Below are positions 1-8,966 of a stretch of 64,000 nucleotides of DNA, in pieces. The translations under genes and the position numbers were made by a program. Origin of the DNA: Eubacteriales bacterium. GTDB taxonomy: Bacteria; Bacillota; Desulfotomaculia; Desulfotomaculales; Nap2-2B. The stretch is taken from positions 628 through 64,627 of the forward strand of contig JBAZGB010000006.1 in NCBI GenBank assembly GCA_041653135.1, in the 5' to 3' direction. The number at the start of each line of letters is the position of its first letter. The first letter of the stretch is position 1. The notes under the pieces were generated by a model. It saw nothing but the letters and a program-made list of their open reading frames with translations, had not been told where the DNA came from and searched no databases.

Positions 1-91
1 CAAAGCGGATATGTATCTATTTACCAATTGCATTTCTACCATCGCTCATTTCATGTAGTCTAAACCTTATAAAACGGACTCGATAAACAAA

Positions 92-200
92 TCATCCAAT
101 CCACTCTCTCGCCGAATAAAACATCTAATCTGCTCTCTCACAAACACCCGACATCTAACCTGTTCTGTCGCCAAGCTATAACATCTAATCTGCTCTGTCG
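92..200. repeat. Phased direct repeats: a 20-bp unit at exact 30-bp spacing, three good copies plus one degenerate copy
   Basis: Read directly: acatctaatctgctctctca (121-140), acatctaacctgttctgtcg (151-170), acatctaatctgctctgtcg (181-200). A weaker copy, tcatccaatccactctctc, lies at 92-110. The region is non-coding, downstream of the methyltransferase gene and close to the window edge. Confidence 0.8.
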
Positions 201-317
201 TACTCAAAACTGCCAGCTTTGACTTGTTCCCACGAAGCAATATTTTCACGATTTTCACACATCGGATTTTTACTCTCAAACCTCGAAAATCCTATATTTA
301 CAGCCTTTTCAGCACAC

Positions 318-1727
318 TCACTCTTTTGCCCTTGACATTAATACAACCGTCTCAACGTGGCGGGTCCAGGGGAACATGTCCACCGGTTGAACTTCTTTTA
401 CAAGGTATCCGTTACTGTTCAACCAGCCCAAATCCCTTGCCAGGGTGCCGGGATCGCAGGAGACATAGACCACTTTAGGCGCCTGCATGGTCAATACCTC
501 ATTCAGGACTTTGCTGCTGCAGCCGCTGCGCGGGGGGTCCAAAATAATCATGTCGGGGATGACACCCTTTTTAGCCAGGGCGGGAAGTGTTTTTTCTACT
601 TCTCCCGGCAGAAATTCGGTATTGCTTATTCTATTTAAAGCTGCGTTTATTTGGGCATCCTTTGCCGCAAGGGGGTTTTCTTCCAATCCATAGATTATTT
701 TTGCTTTTTTCGCCAGATACAAAGCAATCGCGCCCACACCGCTGTACGCGTCTATAACAGTCTCTGTTCCGGTAAGCGAGGCGTATTCAAGTACTTTATT
801 GTACAAAACCAGGGCCTGCGACGGGTTGACCTGGAAAAATGAAGACGGTGAAATGCGGAAAACAAGGTGTCCCAGGTGATCGGTTATGTGATCGCTTCCG
901 GCCAGGCATCTGACCCGTTTCTCTGTAACTGCCCCTGATTGTTCTCCACTGGTACAGCGCATTACGGAGGCAATCCCGGGGCACAAAGTAATCAGCTCTT
1001 TGGCAAATGCTTTTTCCTGCGGCCACTGTCCCGCCCCGGTAAACAGCGCAGCCATAATTTCACCGCTATGTATGGATTTGCGGAGGACGACATTATTAAA
1101 GAAATGGCTTTTGTGTTTTTGTTTCATTTCGTATGTTTTAGGAGTGTACTTGTTCAAAAGTCCTGCAATGAATGCCGCGGCCTTATTTAGGTCCCTGTCA
1201 ACCAGCAGACAGTCCTGGTTCTCACAGTCTGCTTTTATGGCGGACCTGGCCAGTTTGTGGGAGCTTCCTTCATAAAAGCCCAGCTTGTATGTTCCGCCGA
1301 AATTATCTACGTGAAAGCCGGCTTTATTTCTATAGTGCCAGGGGTAATCCATGCCTGCCGTATCAAGCACTTTTACATCCTTTAATCCTGCAATGCGGGA
1401 AAGGCTGTCTCTTACTAGTCCGGTTTTCAGCTTTAGCTGTTCTTGATAATCAATATGCTGAAGCCGGCAGCCGCCGCAGGTTGAAAAAAGAGGGCATTCA
1501 GGCAGCCGCCGGCCGGTGGAGCTCTCGATAATCTGGAGCAGCCTGCCCCTGGCAAAGTTCTTTTTTAATTCAATTACTTCTGCAGAAACTGTATCCCCCG
1601 GCATTGTAAAGGGAACAAAGACAGCAACGCCGCAATACCGGCCTACACCCTCACCGGCATGGTTGAGTCCGTTTATTTGCAGGTTGACTATTTTCGCTTT
1701 TTTTAAAGGCATACTTTTACTTGCCAT
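318..1727 (-). CDS. 23S rRNA (uracil-5)-methyltransferase, RumA/RlmD/RlmCD family (TRAM domain, Fe-S Cys cluster, SAM MTase)
   Basis: 469-aa ORF with an N-terminal TRAM-like segment. It carries the Cys cluster [17 protein letters not shown]-binding [16 protein letters not shown], and the catalytic [12 protein letters not shown]. Confidence 0.9.
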   Translation of the reverse strand: MASKSMPLKKAKIVNLQINGLNHAGEGVGRYCGVAVFVPFTMPGDTVSAEVIELKKNFARGRLLQIIESSTGRRLPECPLFSTCGGCRLQHIDYQEQLKLKTGLVRDSLSRIAGLKDVKVLDTAGMDYPWHYRNKAGFHVDNFGGTYKLGFYEGSSHKLARSAIKADCENQDCLLVDRDLNKAAAFIAGLLNKYTPKTYEMKQKHKSHFFNNVVLRKSIHSGEIMAALFTGAGQWPQEKAFAKELITLCPGIASVMRCTSGEQSGAVTEKRVRCLAGSDHITDHLGHLVFRISPSSFFQVNPSQALVLYNKVLEYASLTGTETVIDAYSGVGAIALYLAKKAKIIYGLEENPLAAKDAQINAALNRISNTEFLPGEVEKTLPALAKKGVIPDMIILDPPRSGCSSKVLNEVLTMQAPKVVYVSCDPGTLARDLGWLNSNGYLVKEVQPVDMFPWTRHVETVVLMSRAKE

Positions 1728-1748
1728 CTGTTAGGCCTTCAATCATTT

Positions 1749-1802
1749 AAATTGACTTACATTAGGGAGGTCAACTGCCTACGTGCTCATGTTCGCCTCT
1801 TA
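1749..1802 (+). repeat. Dispersed repeat family, copy A (about 54 bp); an inverted copy lies at 7997-8050
   Basis: aaattgacttacattagggaggtcaactgcctacgtgctcatgttcgcctctta matches the reverse complement of 7997-8050 with about 6 mismatches. It overlaps the last ~11 codons and the stop of the flavoprotein gene. Confidence 0.85.
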
Positions 1803-3039
1803 CACTGATACCGCTCAGATATCCGGTGGAGAAGGCAATCTGCAAGTTAAAGCCTCCCGTTAAGGCATCCACGTCAATCACCTCGCCTGCAAAGAACAAT
1901 CCCCTGACTTTTTTAGATTCCATACTGGAAGGATTGATTTCATTCGTATCAATACCTCCTGCCGTAACCATGGCTTCATTTAGCGGGCGGGCGCCTTTTA
2001 TCGTGAGGGTAATCCTTTTTAAGTTGTTCGTTAGCTTTTCCCTTTCTTCTTTGGTGATCTGGTCCACCTGTTTAAGGATATCAATTCCGGCAAAAATCTG
2101 GAGCAGAGGAAGCATTTTCTGGGGAACGAGATCGCCCAAAGCGTTTTTTAAGTATTTACCGTGGTTTTTCTTAAAAATTTCTATTAATTGGGCATCAAGC
2201 TGCGTTGTAGAAATTGACGGAAAAAGATCAATTCTTAAAGCAAGAGAAGAAGGGGGACATTTATTAATCAAGCTGCTCAGCTTAAGGATGACAGGGCCGG
2301 AAACCCCGAAGTGGGTAAAAATCAGCTCGCCGGTCTGTTCGGCTATAACCTTTTCTTCTAATACCGCTTGTACATTTACTGCCTGTACATTTATGTTTTG
2401 CAGAGAAAGCCCCTGCAGCTGCTTAACCCATTTTTCTCCGGCAACCAGGGGTACCAGGGCAGGGCGTGGAGGAGCTACAAAATGTCCAAGTTCCTTGGCC
2501 ATCCTGAAACCATCTCCTGCAGACCCGGTCTGCCTGTACGATAACCCGCCTGTGGCGATAAGCACGTTTTCACCGGCAACTTTGTTGTTGCCATCTGTAA
2601 TAACGCCGGTAACGCGATTATTTACGGCAAGCACTTTTTTAGCGGCTGAGTTAAATCTTATTTCAACCTTGCTTTTATGCAAGTAGTTATGCAAAGCCTT
2701 AATTATTTCTTCCGCCCGATCCGAAGCGGGAAAAACGCGGTTATCGTTTTCTACCTTTGTTTTTACACCCAGAGAGTTAAAAAAAGAAACCAAACTATGG
2801 TTATCAAACCTGTTCAATGAAGCATGGAGGAATCTCCCATTGTTCACAATGTTGTCCATGAAGCTTGCCGGATCGCAGAGATTGGTAAAATTGCACCTGC
2901 CGTTTCCGGTGATAGACAGCTTTTTACCGAGCCTGTCGTTCTTTTCCAGTAAAACTACTTTCAAACCCCTTTGAGCAGCTGCAGCGGCGCCCATCATACC
3001 CGCCGGCCCGCCGCCTACTGTAATCAAATCATAATACAT
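1771..3039 (-). CDS. NAD(P)/FAD-dependent oxidoreductase, HI0933/BaiN/YhiN-like flavoprotein
   Basis: N-terminus reads MYYDLITVGGGPAGMMGAAAAAQRGLKVVLLEKN (GxGxxG FAD fold), followed by the family motif GNGRCNFTN. ATG at 3039 is preferred over the ORF-track TTG at 3054 because GAGG lies 9 nt upstream. Confidence 0.85.
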   Translation of the reverse strand: MYYDLITVGGGPAGMMGAAAAAQRGLKVVLLEKNDRLGKKLSITGNGRCNFTNLCDPASFMDNIVNNGRFLHASLNRFDNHSLVSFFNSLGVKTKVENDNRVFPASDRAEEIIKALHNYLHKSKVEIRFNSAAKKVLAVNNRVTGVITDGNNKVAGENVLIATGGLSYRQTGSAGDGFRMAKELGHFVAPPRPALVPLVAGEKWVKQLQGLSLQNINVQAVNVQAVLEEKVIAEQTGELIFTHFGVSGPVILKLSSLINKCPPSSLALRIDLFPSISTTQLDAQLIEIFKKNHGKYLKNALGDLVPQKMLPLLQIFAGIDILKQVDQITKEEREKLTNNLKRITLTIKGARPLNEAMVTAGGIDTNEINPSSMESKKVRGLFFAGEVIDVDALTGGFNLQIAFSTGYLSGISVRGEHEHVGS

Positions 3040-3094
3040 AGTTAAAAGCCTCAAGCTTCTTTTATCCGTATAAAAACATTATAAGCCAGATTCT

Positions 3095-3140
3095 TAAAAA
3101 ATAAAAACCAGGCAAAACTTTGTAAGAAGAGCCTGGTTTT
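3095..3140 (-). terminator. Intrinsic terminator after the diguanylate cyclase gene
   Basis: Stem aaccaggc (3106-3113) pairs with gcctggtt (3131-3138). On the minus strand the hairpin is followed by a T-rich run. Confidence 0.65.
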
Positions 3141-3179
3141 ACAACTTCGTCAAGCTTTAGATTGGGCGGAACAACCGGA

Positions 3180-5474
3180 TCATTGCCTTTTAAGCAGTTT
3201 ATCGAGATACATATTATTATCGGCTTCTTTATAAAGTTCGTTTATTCGCAAGGGTTTTTCAGCGCTTTGATGACTCACGGCAGATCCGACAGAAATACTT
3301 AATAATGGTTTTTTGCTTTTTAAGTTGTACTCAGCTACTGTTTTTCTTATTCTTGTTACCGCATGCTCTACATCTGTTATTGTACTGTCCGGCAGAAAAA
3401 CTGCAAATTCGTCTCCTCCGATTCTGGATACAACATCACCTTCCCGAAATGATCCTCTGATTAAGTCTGCGGCCTGCTTAATGTGTTCGTCTCCCTGATC
3501 ATGCCCGAAACTGTCATTGACAAGTTTAAGGCCGTCGATATCGCAAACTATTATGCCGACTGAAGAATGACGTCCTTCCTGGAGCCGGTTCATTTCCTGT
3601 TCAAAATAATTCCGGTTGTATAATCCGGTCAGGGAGTCGTGCAGACTTAAAAAGGTCAGCTTTTCTTCAGTCTTTTTCCTTTCTGTAATATCCGCTACAC
3701 AGGCTAAAGAACCGATAAAACGACCTTCTTTATCCTGGATAGGCGATGTTTCCAGGATCGTGTAAATAGGATACCCATCTTTATGCAGGAATTCAAAATC
3801 ATGCTGTTCCTTAATTCCTTCAGCACGGCGTTTCATATTTATCATTGCATAATTGATGTTCTTTTCGTCTATGAAACAAAAAAGTGATTTACCCAGCATT
3901 TCCTCTGGTGTGTACCCGAGAATGTCAGCCATGCGCCGGTTCACAAAAGTTGTTGCCCCCTCAGAATCTATGGACCAAATTCCTTCCTGGGCGTTCTCAA
4001 CCAGTTGCCGGTATTTGTTTTCGCTTTGGAGCAGCGATTCTTCCATTTGTTTGCGTTCTGTAATATCGTTGGTGATAACAATATAAAAGAGCGGCTTACC
4101 CGATGTATCCAGAACTACATTTGCGGATAATTCCGCTTTAAATGTCTTTTTATCTTTGGTTAACATAGAATGTTCAATATTTTTGATTGGACCGTCTTTA
4201 AGAACCAGCTCCGCATTCTCCAGAGCTTTTTGATGCTCATTTTGATCAATAAGCGCCAGAATATTTTTCCCGGCCAATTCGCTTTTTAATAAATATTTAT
4301 GTTGTTTTAGTGTTTCCGGATTACAGTCAAGGATAGTAAGATTCATATCAGTAATTGTAATTGCATAAGGGGAAGAGTCAAGAATGCTCAAGATGATATC
4401 CCGCTCTTGTTTTAGATCCTTTTCCGTTTCTTTAAGTTTGGTAATATCGTTGATAACTGCTAAAATACATTTCTGGTTTGTGAATTGGATTACTTCTATT
4501 GATAACAAGCCAATTTTTTTTAAACCTGACTTTGTACGAGATTCAACTTCTATATTCTTTATGGTTTCCTTTCTAAGAATCATCTTTCTTATTCTATTTT
4601 GTACTTCCGGATGCAAAAAAGGTATTTCATTTAAGGTCTTTCCTATAACTTCCTCTCTTTTATAACCCAGAGTATCTTCAAAAATTTTATTCATATCCAA
4701 GTAAATCAAGTCTTTTAAGGTAATTATTGCCATAAGATTGGGATTAGAATTAAATACCTTGGAAAAATTGATTCCCGATAAACGCAGCTCATTTTCAGCT
4801 TTCTTGTGAAAAATGGCCTCTTTCTTCAGATTGCTTAAAAATTCATGAAGCTTGTATTGCTGACGTTTCTTGCTGAGAAACTTTTCGGGGGGAATATAAA
4901 ACCTGTTTTCATATATTTCGTTCTCCCAGATTAAAACCGGGTGCGTTAGGATTATCTCATCAATCATCTGGGCCGGAAATTCCTTCAGATCATACTGGAA
5001 GATCGCGATGCAGGGGTTTTCAGCAAAAAATATATTTAGTTTTGCTTCGTATTCAAATATTTTTTCAACACCCAGATTGCTTTTCAGTATCCAGGTCATT
5101 TCCCCGGTGATTCGCAAAGCAGAATAACCCTCTGAGATAGCTTTGCTTGTTTCACTGTCTAAAAGCGCAATCATTCTGTCGGGATTGAAATGACCGTCTT
5201 TTGTGTATGTGTCTTTCGCTTCAAGTATAATTAACTGACCTGATTTTTCTGCGATGGAAGCGTTGCTCCATTCCTGATAAACTAGTTTGCGGATTCTATC
5301 GGTGCTGTTTACATCAGTGATATAGATGCATTTTTGACCTTTCATCAGACCAGTTATAATAAAGGGTATAATTACATTGCGCCATTCTTCCAATGTCTGG
5401 AATATTAAACAGATATGCTCGTGAGGTTTTAATGAAAAGAGTGTTTTCTTAAGCTCATTTTTATTAGAAAGCAT
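3180..5474 (-). CDS. Sensor diguanylate cyclase: MEDS-like N-terminal domain, about 3 PAS domains, and GGDEF
   Basis: 764 aa. The N-terminus (HEHICLIFQTLEEW...GQKCIYI) resembles MEDS. Repeated PAS-like blocks follow. The C-terminus has LTGLYNRNYF...RIGGDEF. The gene is visibly AT-richer than its flanks. Confidence 0.85.
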   Translation of the reverse strand: MLSNKNELKKTLFSLKPHEHICLIFQTLEEWRNVIIPFIITGLMKGQKCIYITDVNSTDRIRKLVYQEWSNASIAEKSGQLIILEAKDTYTKDGHFNPDRMIALLDSETSKAISEGYSALRITGEMTWILKSNLGVEKIFEYEAKLNIFFAENPCIAIFQYDLKEFPAQMIDEIILTHPVLIWENEIYENRFYIPPEKFLSKKRQQYKLHEFLSNLKKEAIFHKKAENELRLSGINFSKVFNSNPNLMAIITLKDLIYLDMNKIFEDTLGYKREEVIGKTLNEIPFLHPEVQNRIRKMILRKETIKNIEVESRTKSGLKKIGLLSIEVIQFTNQKCILAVINDITKLKETEKDLKQERDIILSILDSSPYAITITDMNLTILDCNPETLKQHKYLLKSELAGKNILALIDQNEHQKALENAELVLKDGPIKNIEHSMLTKDKKTFKAELSANVVLDTSGKPLFYIVITNDITERKQMEESLLQSENKYRQLVENAQEGIWSIDSEGATTFVNRRMADILGYTPEEMLGKSLFCFIDEKNINYAMINMKRRAEGIKEQHDFEFLHKDGYPIYTILETSPIQDKEGRFIGSLACVADITERKKTEEKLTFLSLHDSLTGLYNRNYFEQEMNRLQEGRHSSVGIIVCDIDGLKLVNDSFGHDQGDEHIKQAADLIRGSFREGDVVSRIGGDEFAVFLPDSTITDVEHAVTRIRKTVAEYNLKSKKPLLSISVGSAVSHQSAEKPLRINELYKEADNNMYLDKLLKRQ

Positions 5475-5660
5475 ATTATTACCTCAGTAGTTCCTTTTTA
5501 AAATTTATAAAGACCTGAATGATTGCTCCGGGTGAGATTGTTAAATCTATTGTACAATAAGAATTTTTATGATCAATTGTTCTTACCGCTTAAGCTATAA
5601 TAACATTAACATCCGGTTTGATAAAGTTCCAAGAAAAGAGCCGGAAAAGGGGGGGGTAAA

Positions 5661-6065
5661 ATGAACAGTATTATCGAGAACTGGGCAAAGTGCGACGGAT
5701 TTTGCAACCACAGCGTGGGGAGCCTGATCGAGAAATTTCCGGAAAGCCTGAAGGAAATAAAGAGTTGGACAAGATCAAAGAACAGGTGGCTGAAAAGGGC
5801 GGCAGCCGTATCCTTGATTATCCCGGCAAAGAAAGGGAAACACCTGGCCGATATTTTTGAAATTGCCGATGATCTATTGCCGGATAAGGATGACATGGTT
5901 CAAAAAGGATACGGATGGTTGTTAAAAGAGGCGAGCCGGCTGAATCAAAAGGAAGTCTTTGATTATATGGTGAGAAATAAAAGAATAATGCCCCGGACAG
6001 CGTTAAGATACGCAATTGAGCTTATGCCGAAAGAACTCAGGGCTGAAGCGATGAAGCGCGGTTAG
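5661..6065 (+). CDS. DNA alkylation repair protein family (AlkD-like HEAT repeat), N-terminally truncated; possibly a pseudogene
   Basis: 134 aa aligning to the C-terminal ~60% of the ~220-aa family (NWAKCDGFCNH..., KGYGWLLKEASR, PRTALRYAIE). Stops lie in-frame just upstream. Confidence 0.6.
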   Translation: MNSIIENWAKCDGFCNHSVGSLIEKFPESLKEIKSWTRSKNRWLKRAAAVSLIIPAKKGKHLADIFEIADDLLPDKDDMVQKGYGWLLKEASRLNQKEVFDYMVRNKRIMPRTALRYAIELMPKELRAEAMKRG

Positions 6066-6223
6066 TAAAACCGGCGATTACATAAATACGTCTGCTGTCC
6101 CCTTACAATTGTTTTTAACAATGTTTAGAAATAGACACCAAACAAATTTTTAAGACCTTTTAAAGGGAAGTTTTGATATAATAAGAAGTATTAAATACCA
6201 GCAGGATAAAGAGGCGCTTTTTT

Positions 6224-6736
6224 ATGAACAGAAAAATTTTTTTGGATTACCTGGGGACTATAATTCTTGCACTGGTCCTGGCCCTTTTTGTGAGAACATA
6301 TATTGCCGACGCCCGCTGGGTCCCGTCCGGCTCTATGATCCCGACCATAAATATAGGGGACAGGCTGATAGTTGAGAAAGTATCCAAGAATGTGGAAAGA
6401 GGGGATATAATCGTCTTTAAACCCACACCGGAAAGCGGCCTGAAAGAAGATCTTATAAAAAGGGTTATCGGGCTTCCGGGCGACGTAATTTCAATTGAAG
6501 ATGGATGTATTTTTATAAATGGCGCTCCTTTGAACGAACCCTATTTAAAAGAACAAATGAGATCGGATTTTGGACCGTATAAAGTGGCTGATCACAGCTA
6601 TTTTGTAATGGGAGACAATAGGAATGAAAGCTATGACAGCAGGTTTTGGGGTGTTGTCCCCGAGGAAAATTTAATCGGCAAGGCTATTGCCTGTTACTAT
6701 CCCCTTCACGATTTAAAAGTGTTCAATCCAGAGTAA
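6224..6736 (+). CDS. lepB: Signal peptidase I
   Basis: N-terminal TM segment, catalytic SGSMIPT, KRVIGLPGD and GDNRNESYDSRFWG boxes. Confidence 0.92.
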   Translation: MNRKIFLDYLGTIILALVLALFVRTYIADARWVPSGSMIPTINIGDRLIVEKVSKNVERGDIIVFKPTPESGLKEDLIKRVIGLPGDVISIEDGCIFINGAPLNEPYLKEQMRSDFGPYKVADHSYFVMGDNRNESYDSRFWGVVPEENLIGKAIACYYPLHDLKVFNPE

Positions 6737-6746
6737 GGGTTAAACT

Positions 6747-7757
6747 TTGTTCACTCATAAAAGAATTACCCAGACAATCTTAAAGCTATTCCTTCTGCCT
6801 TCACGCAATTTCACCCTTACTATACCGTTAATGTTATGCACAGGGTTTGTAGCCGGCCTGTTTATTGATACAAGCCTGTTGAAAAATTATTTACTGTTCG
6901 CAACAGTGCTGATGATCTATCCTACAATGATTGGCATCAGGATAAGGGAGATTTTCGATCTCAGCCATTACAGGCTTATTTTAACTGCATCAGCTATTAA
7001 TTTTATTGTTGTGCCTGCCCTGGCTTACCTTTTAGGAATCATTTTTTTAAAGGCTGAACCGCAGCTTTTTGCCGGACTGATCATTGCATCGCTTTTGCCA
7101 ACATCAAATATGACAATTGCGTTTACTCTTTTTGCCGGAGGAAATGTGCCGGCGGCGGTTAAGCTTACAGTAGTCAGCCTGGTTGCCGGATCGCTTGTCG
7201 CTCCCTGGTATCTCCTGGTAATGATCGGCAGTTATATAGAAATAGACATGGCGAGCATTATTAAAATAATTTCTGTTGTAGTTTTTATTCCCCTGGTCAT
7301 GGGCTTTGCAACATATTACCTTTTTTTAAAAAGATTCTCACATGGTAAATTTAACGAAGTAATCAAGCCGCTTTTACCGGCGGTTTCTGCCTGGGGAGCT
7401 GTCTACGTAATCTTTACCGGAGCAAGCACCAATGCGCGCCTGATAGTTTCCCAGCCGAAGCTCCTCGTTTATGCTCTTATCGCCTGGATGTTTTTTTATG
7501 CTGTTAATTATTTTATCGCCATCAAACTGGGACGCCGCTATTTCACCAGGCAGGATACACTAACCTTAATTTTCGGAACAGTTTTACGCAACCTTGCCAT
7601 ATCAATAGGCCTTGCGGCAGCAGCCTTCGGGGTTAAAGCGGCTTTGATGGTGTCTCTTGCTTTTCTGTTTCAGGGGCAATCTGCGGCCTGGTTTATCAGA
7701 CTGGATGAAAAGTATAAAATATTGCCCGAAAACTCTGCTGAGGCGGAAGATATCTGA
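6747..7757 (+). CDS. Bile acid:sodium symporter / ACR3-like (BASS superfamily) membrane transporter
   Basis: 336-aa polytopic membrane protein of about 10 TM segments. Family-like segments are LLPTSNMTIAFTLFAGGN and LRNLAISIGLA. The start is TTG. Confidence 0.55.
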   Translation: MFTHKRITQTILKLFLLPSRNFTLTIPLMLCTGFVAGLFIDTSLLKNYLLFATVLMIYPTMIGIRIREIFDLSHYRLILTASAINFIVVPALAYLLGIIFLKAEPQLFAGLIIASLLPTSNMTIAFTLFAGGNVPAAVKLTVVSLVAGSLVAPWYLLVMIGSYIEIDMASIIKIISVVVFIPLVMGFATYYLFLKRFSHGKFNEVIKPLLPAVSAWGAVYVIFTGASTNARLIVSQPKLLVYALIAWMFFYAVNYFIAIKLGRRYFTRQDTLTLIFGTVLRNLAISIGLAAAAFGVKAALMVSLAFLFQGQSAAWFIRLDEKYKILPENSAEAEDI

Positions 7758-7861
7758 AAAACAGCTCCTTAAAGGCGCAGTATAACATTTGATAACCCTG
7801 TTCCGAAAAACATGCTGCTGAAGCGGCGCCAGCTTAAAGAATGAAAAATCATTAACAAAGA

Positions 7862-8050
7862 GAGGCCAATGCCTTAAGTGCGATTTTGAGCCTCATTCAA
7901 AGAACGATTGAACCCGAGGATAAGCGAGGAAATTGTTTGAGGCGCATTAGCGCCGAGTTTTGACCGAGCCCGAGGGTGAACGAGTTCGTACAAGAATAAG
8001 AGGCTAACATGAGCACGTAGACAGTCGACCTCCCTAATGCAGGTTAATTT
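7862..8050. repeat. MITE-like composite, ~190 bp: repeat copy P (7862-7905) and inverted copy B (7997-8050) of the same dispersed family
   Basis: P reads gaggccaatgccttaagtgcgattttgagcctcattcaaagaac. The reverse complement of B reads aaattaacctgcattagggaggtcgactgtctacgtgctcatgttagcctctta. The two ends are ~65% similar to each other in inverted orientation. No ORF is present. Confidence 0.6.
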
Positions 8051-8088
8051 TCAGAGTAGAGTAGATAATGTAGGAAGGGAGCTTAAAG

Positions 8089-8708
8089 ATGGAAAGCAGG
8101 ACAGTTTATTTTGAAGAAATCAGGCCCGAAAATACCTTTGAAACATTCAAACTGGTGGAGGAAAGGCTGCGCGGCCGGGATATAAAAAAGATTGTTATAG
8201 CATCTACCACAGGCGCTACGGCCATCAAAGCGTTGGACTTTTTTAAAGACCAGGGTGTAAAAATAATTGTTGTTCCCCACCAGTTCGGCTTCAGAGAGAA
8301 AAACTACTTTCCGGAAGAACTGGTTAAAACCATTAGGGGGACCGGTCACGAAGTGCATTTCGGCACAATGCTTTTTCATACCGATAATTTTTACGGGTCC
8401 GGCGCTCCTGCGTTGATGGCCAATTTACTGCGCTGCTTCAGCCAGGGTGTCAAGGTGTGTTTTGAGATAACCCTGATGGCCTCGGATGCGTGCCTTTTGA
8501 CAAGCGGCGAAAAAGTCGCCGCTTGTCAAAAGGCACGGGCGGGGGCTCCGATACGGCGCTTGTTATGCAGGCGGCTCCGACACCGCACCTTAAAAGGCTC
8601 CGGGTTAATGAAATTATCTGCAAGCCCCTTAACTGCCTTAGCCCCGATGAATCGGAAGACAGCTTTGTTAAGGTGCGGAATATGAAAGAAAAATTTGGGA
8701 ATAAGTAA
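8089..8708 (+). pseudogene. Pyruvate kinase alpha/beta (C-terminal) domain-like protein, frameshifted
   Basis: Frame 1 (8089-) gives MESRTVYFEE...GVKVCFEITLMASDACLLTSGEKVAA. The conserved continuation GTGGGSDTALVMQAAP...VNEIICKPL is in the frame of the 8490-8708 ORF. The switch point lies inside the palindrome at 8491-8535. Confidence 0.8.
8491..8535. repeat. Perfect 20-bp inverted repeat with a 5-nt loop, inside a coding sequence
   Basis: tgccttttgacaagcggcga (8491-8510), loop aaaag, tcgccgcttgtcaaaaggca (8516-8535). All 20 positions pair. Confidence 0.95.
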
Positions 8709-8813
8709 AAAGCCCACCGAGAATTATACTTTAAATATTTGAGGACAGATGATTGATGACAGATGCTGCTAAGATGAACGCTCAAATTTCAGCTTCGATA
8801 AAGGAATTAAGCC

Positions 8814-8876
8814 ATGAGACTTAAAGACAAGGTAGCTATTGTAACGGCAGGGGCCGGGGGAAGCTGGATGAGGTAA
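8814..8876 (+). pseudogene. Remnant of a short-chain dehydrogenase/reductase N-terminus (20 codons)
   Basis: ATG..MRLKDKVAIVTAGAGGSWMR-stop. This is the classic SDR start (KDKVAIVTGAxxGIG), broken off after the Gly-rich loop. Confidence 0.55.
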
Positions 8877-8966
8877 GGTAAATTGTATTATCAATAAGCC
8901 TTTCTGTTATGAGGACATGAGTAAATGAAGTAAAGTATTGATTGAGAAGCAGAGGTTAAGAGAGAT

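Noticed and set aside
92-200. Possible CRISPR array
   Set aside because: The units are 20 bp with 10-bp spacers in a 30-bp period. There are only 3-4 copies, they are not palindromic, and no cas genes are nearby. This is not CRISPR architecture.
1826-2686. 286-aa plus-strand ORF
   Set aside because: It lies entirely antisense to the well-supported HI0933-type flavoprotein gene. It has low-complexity Ser/Pro/Ala-rich composition and no RBS, so it is a shadow ORF.
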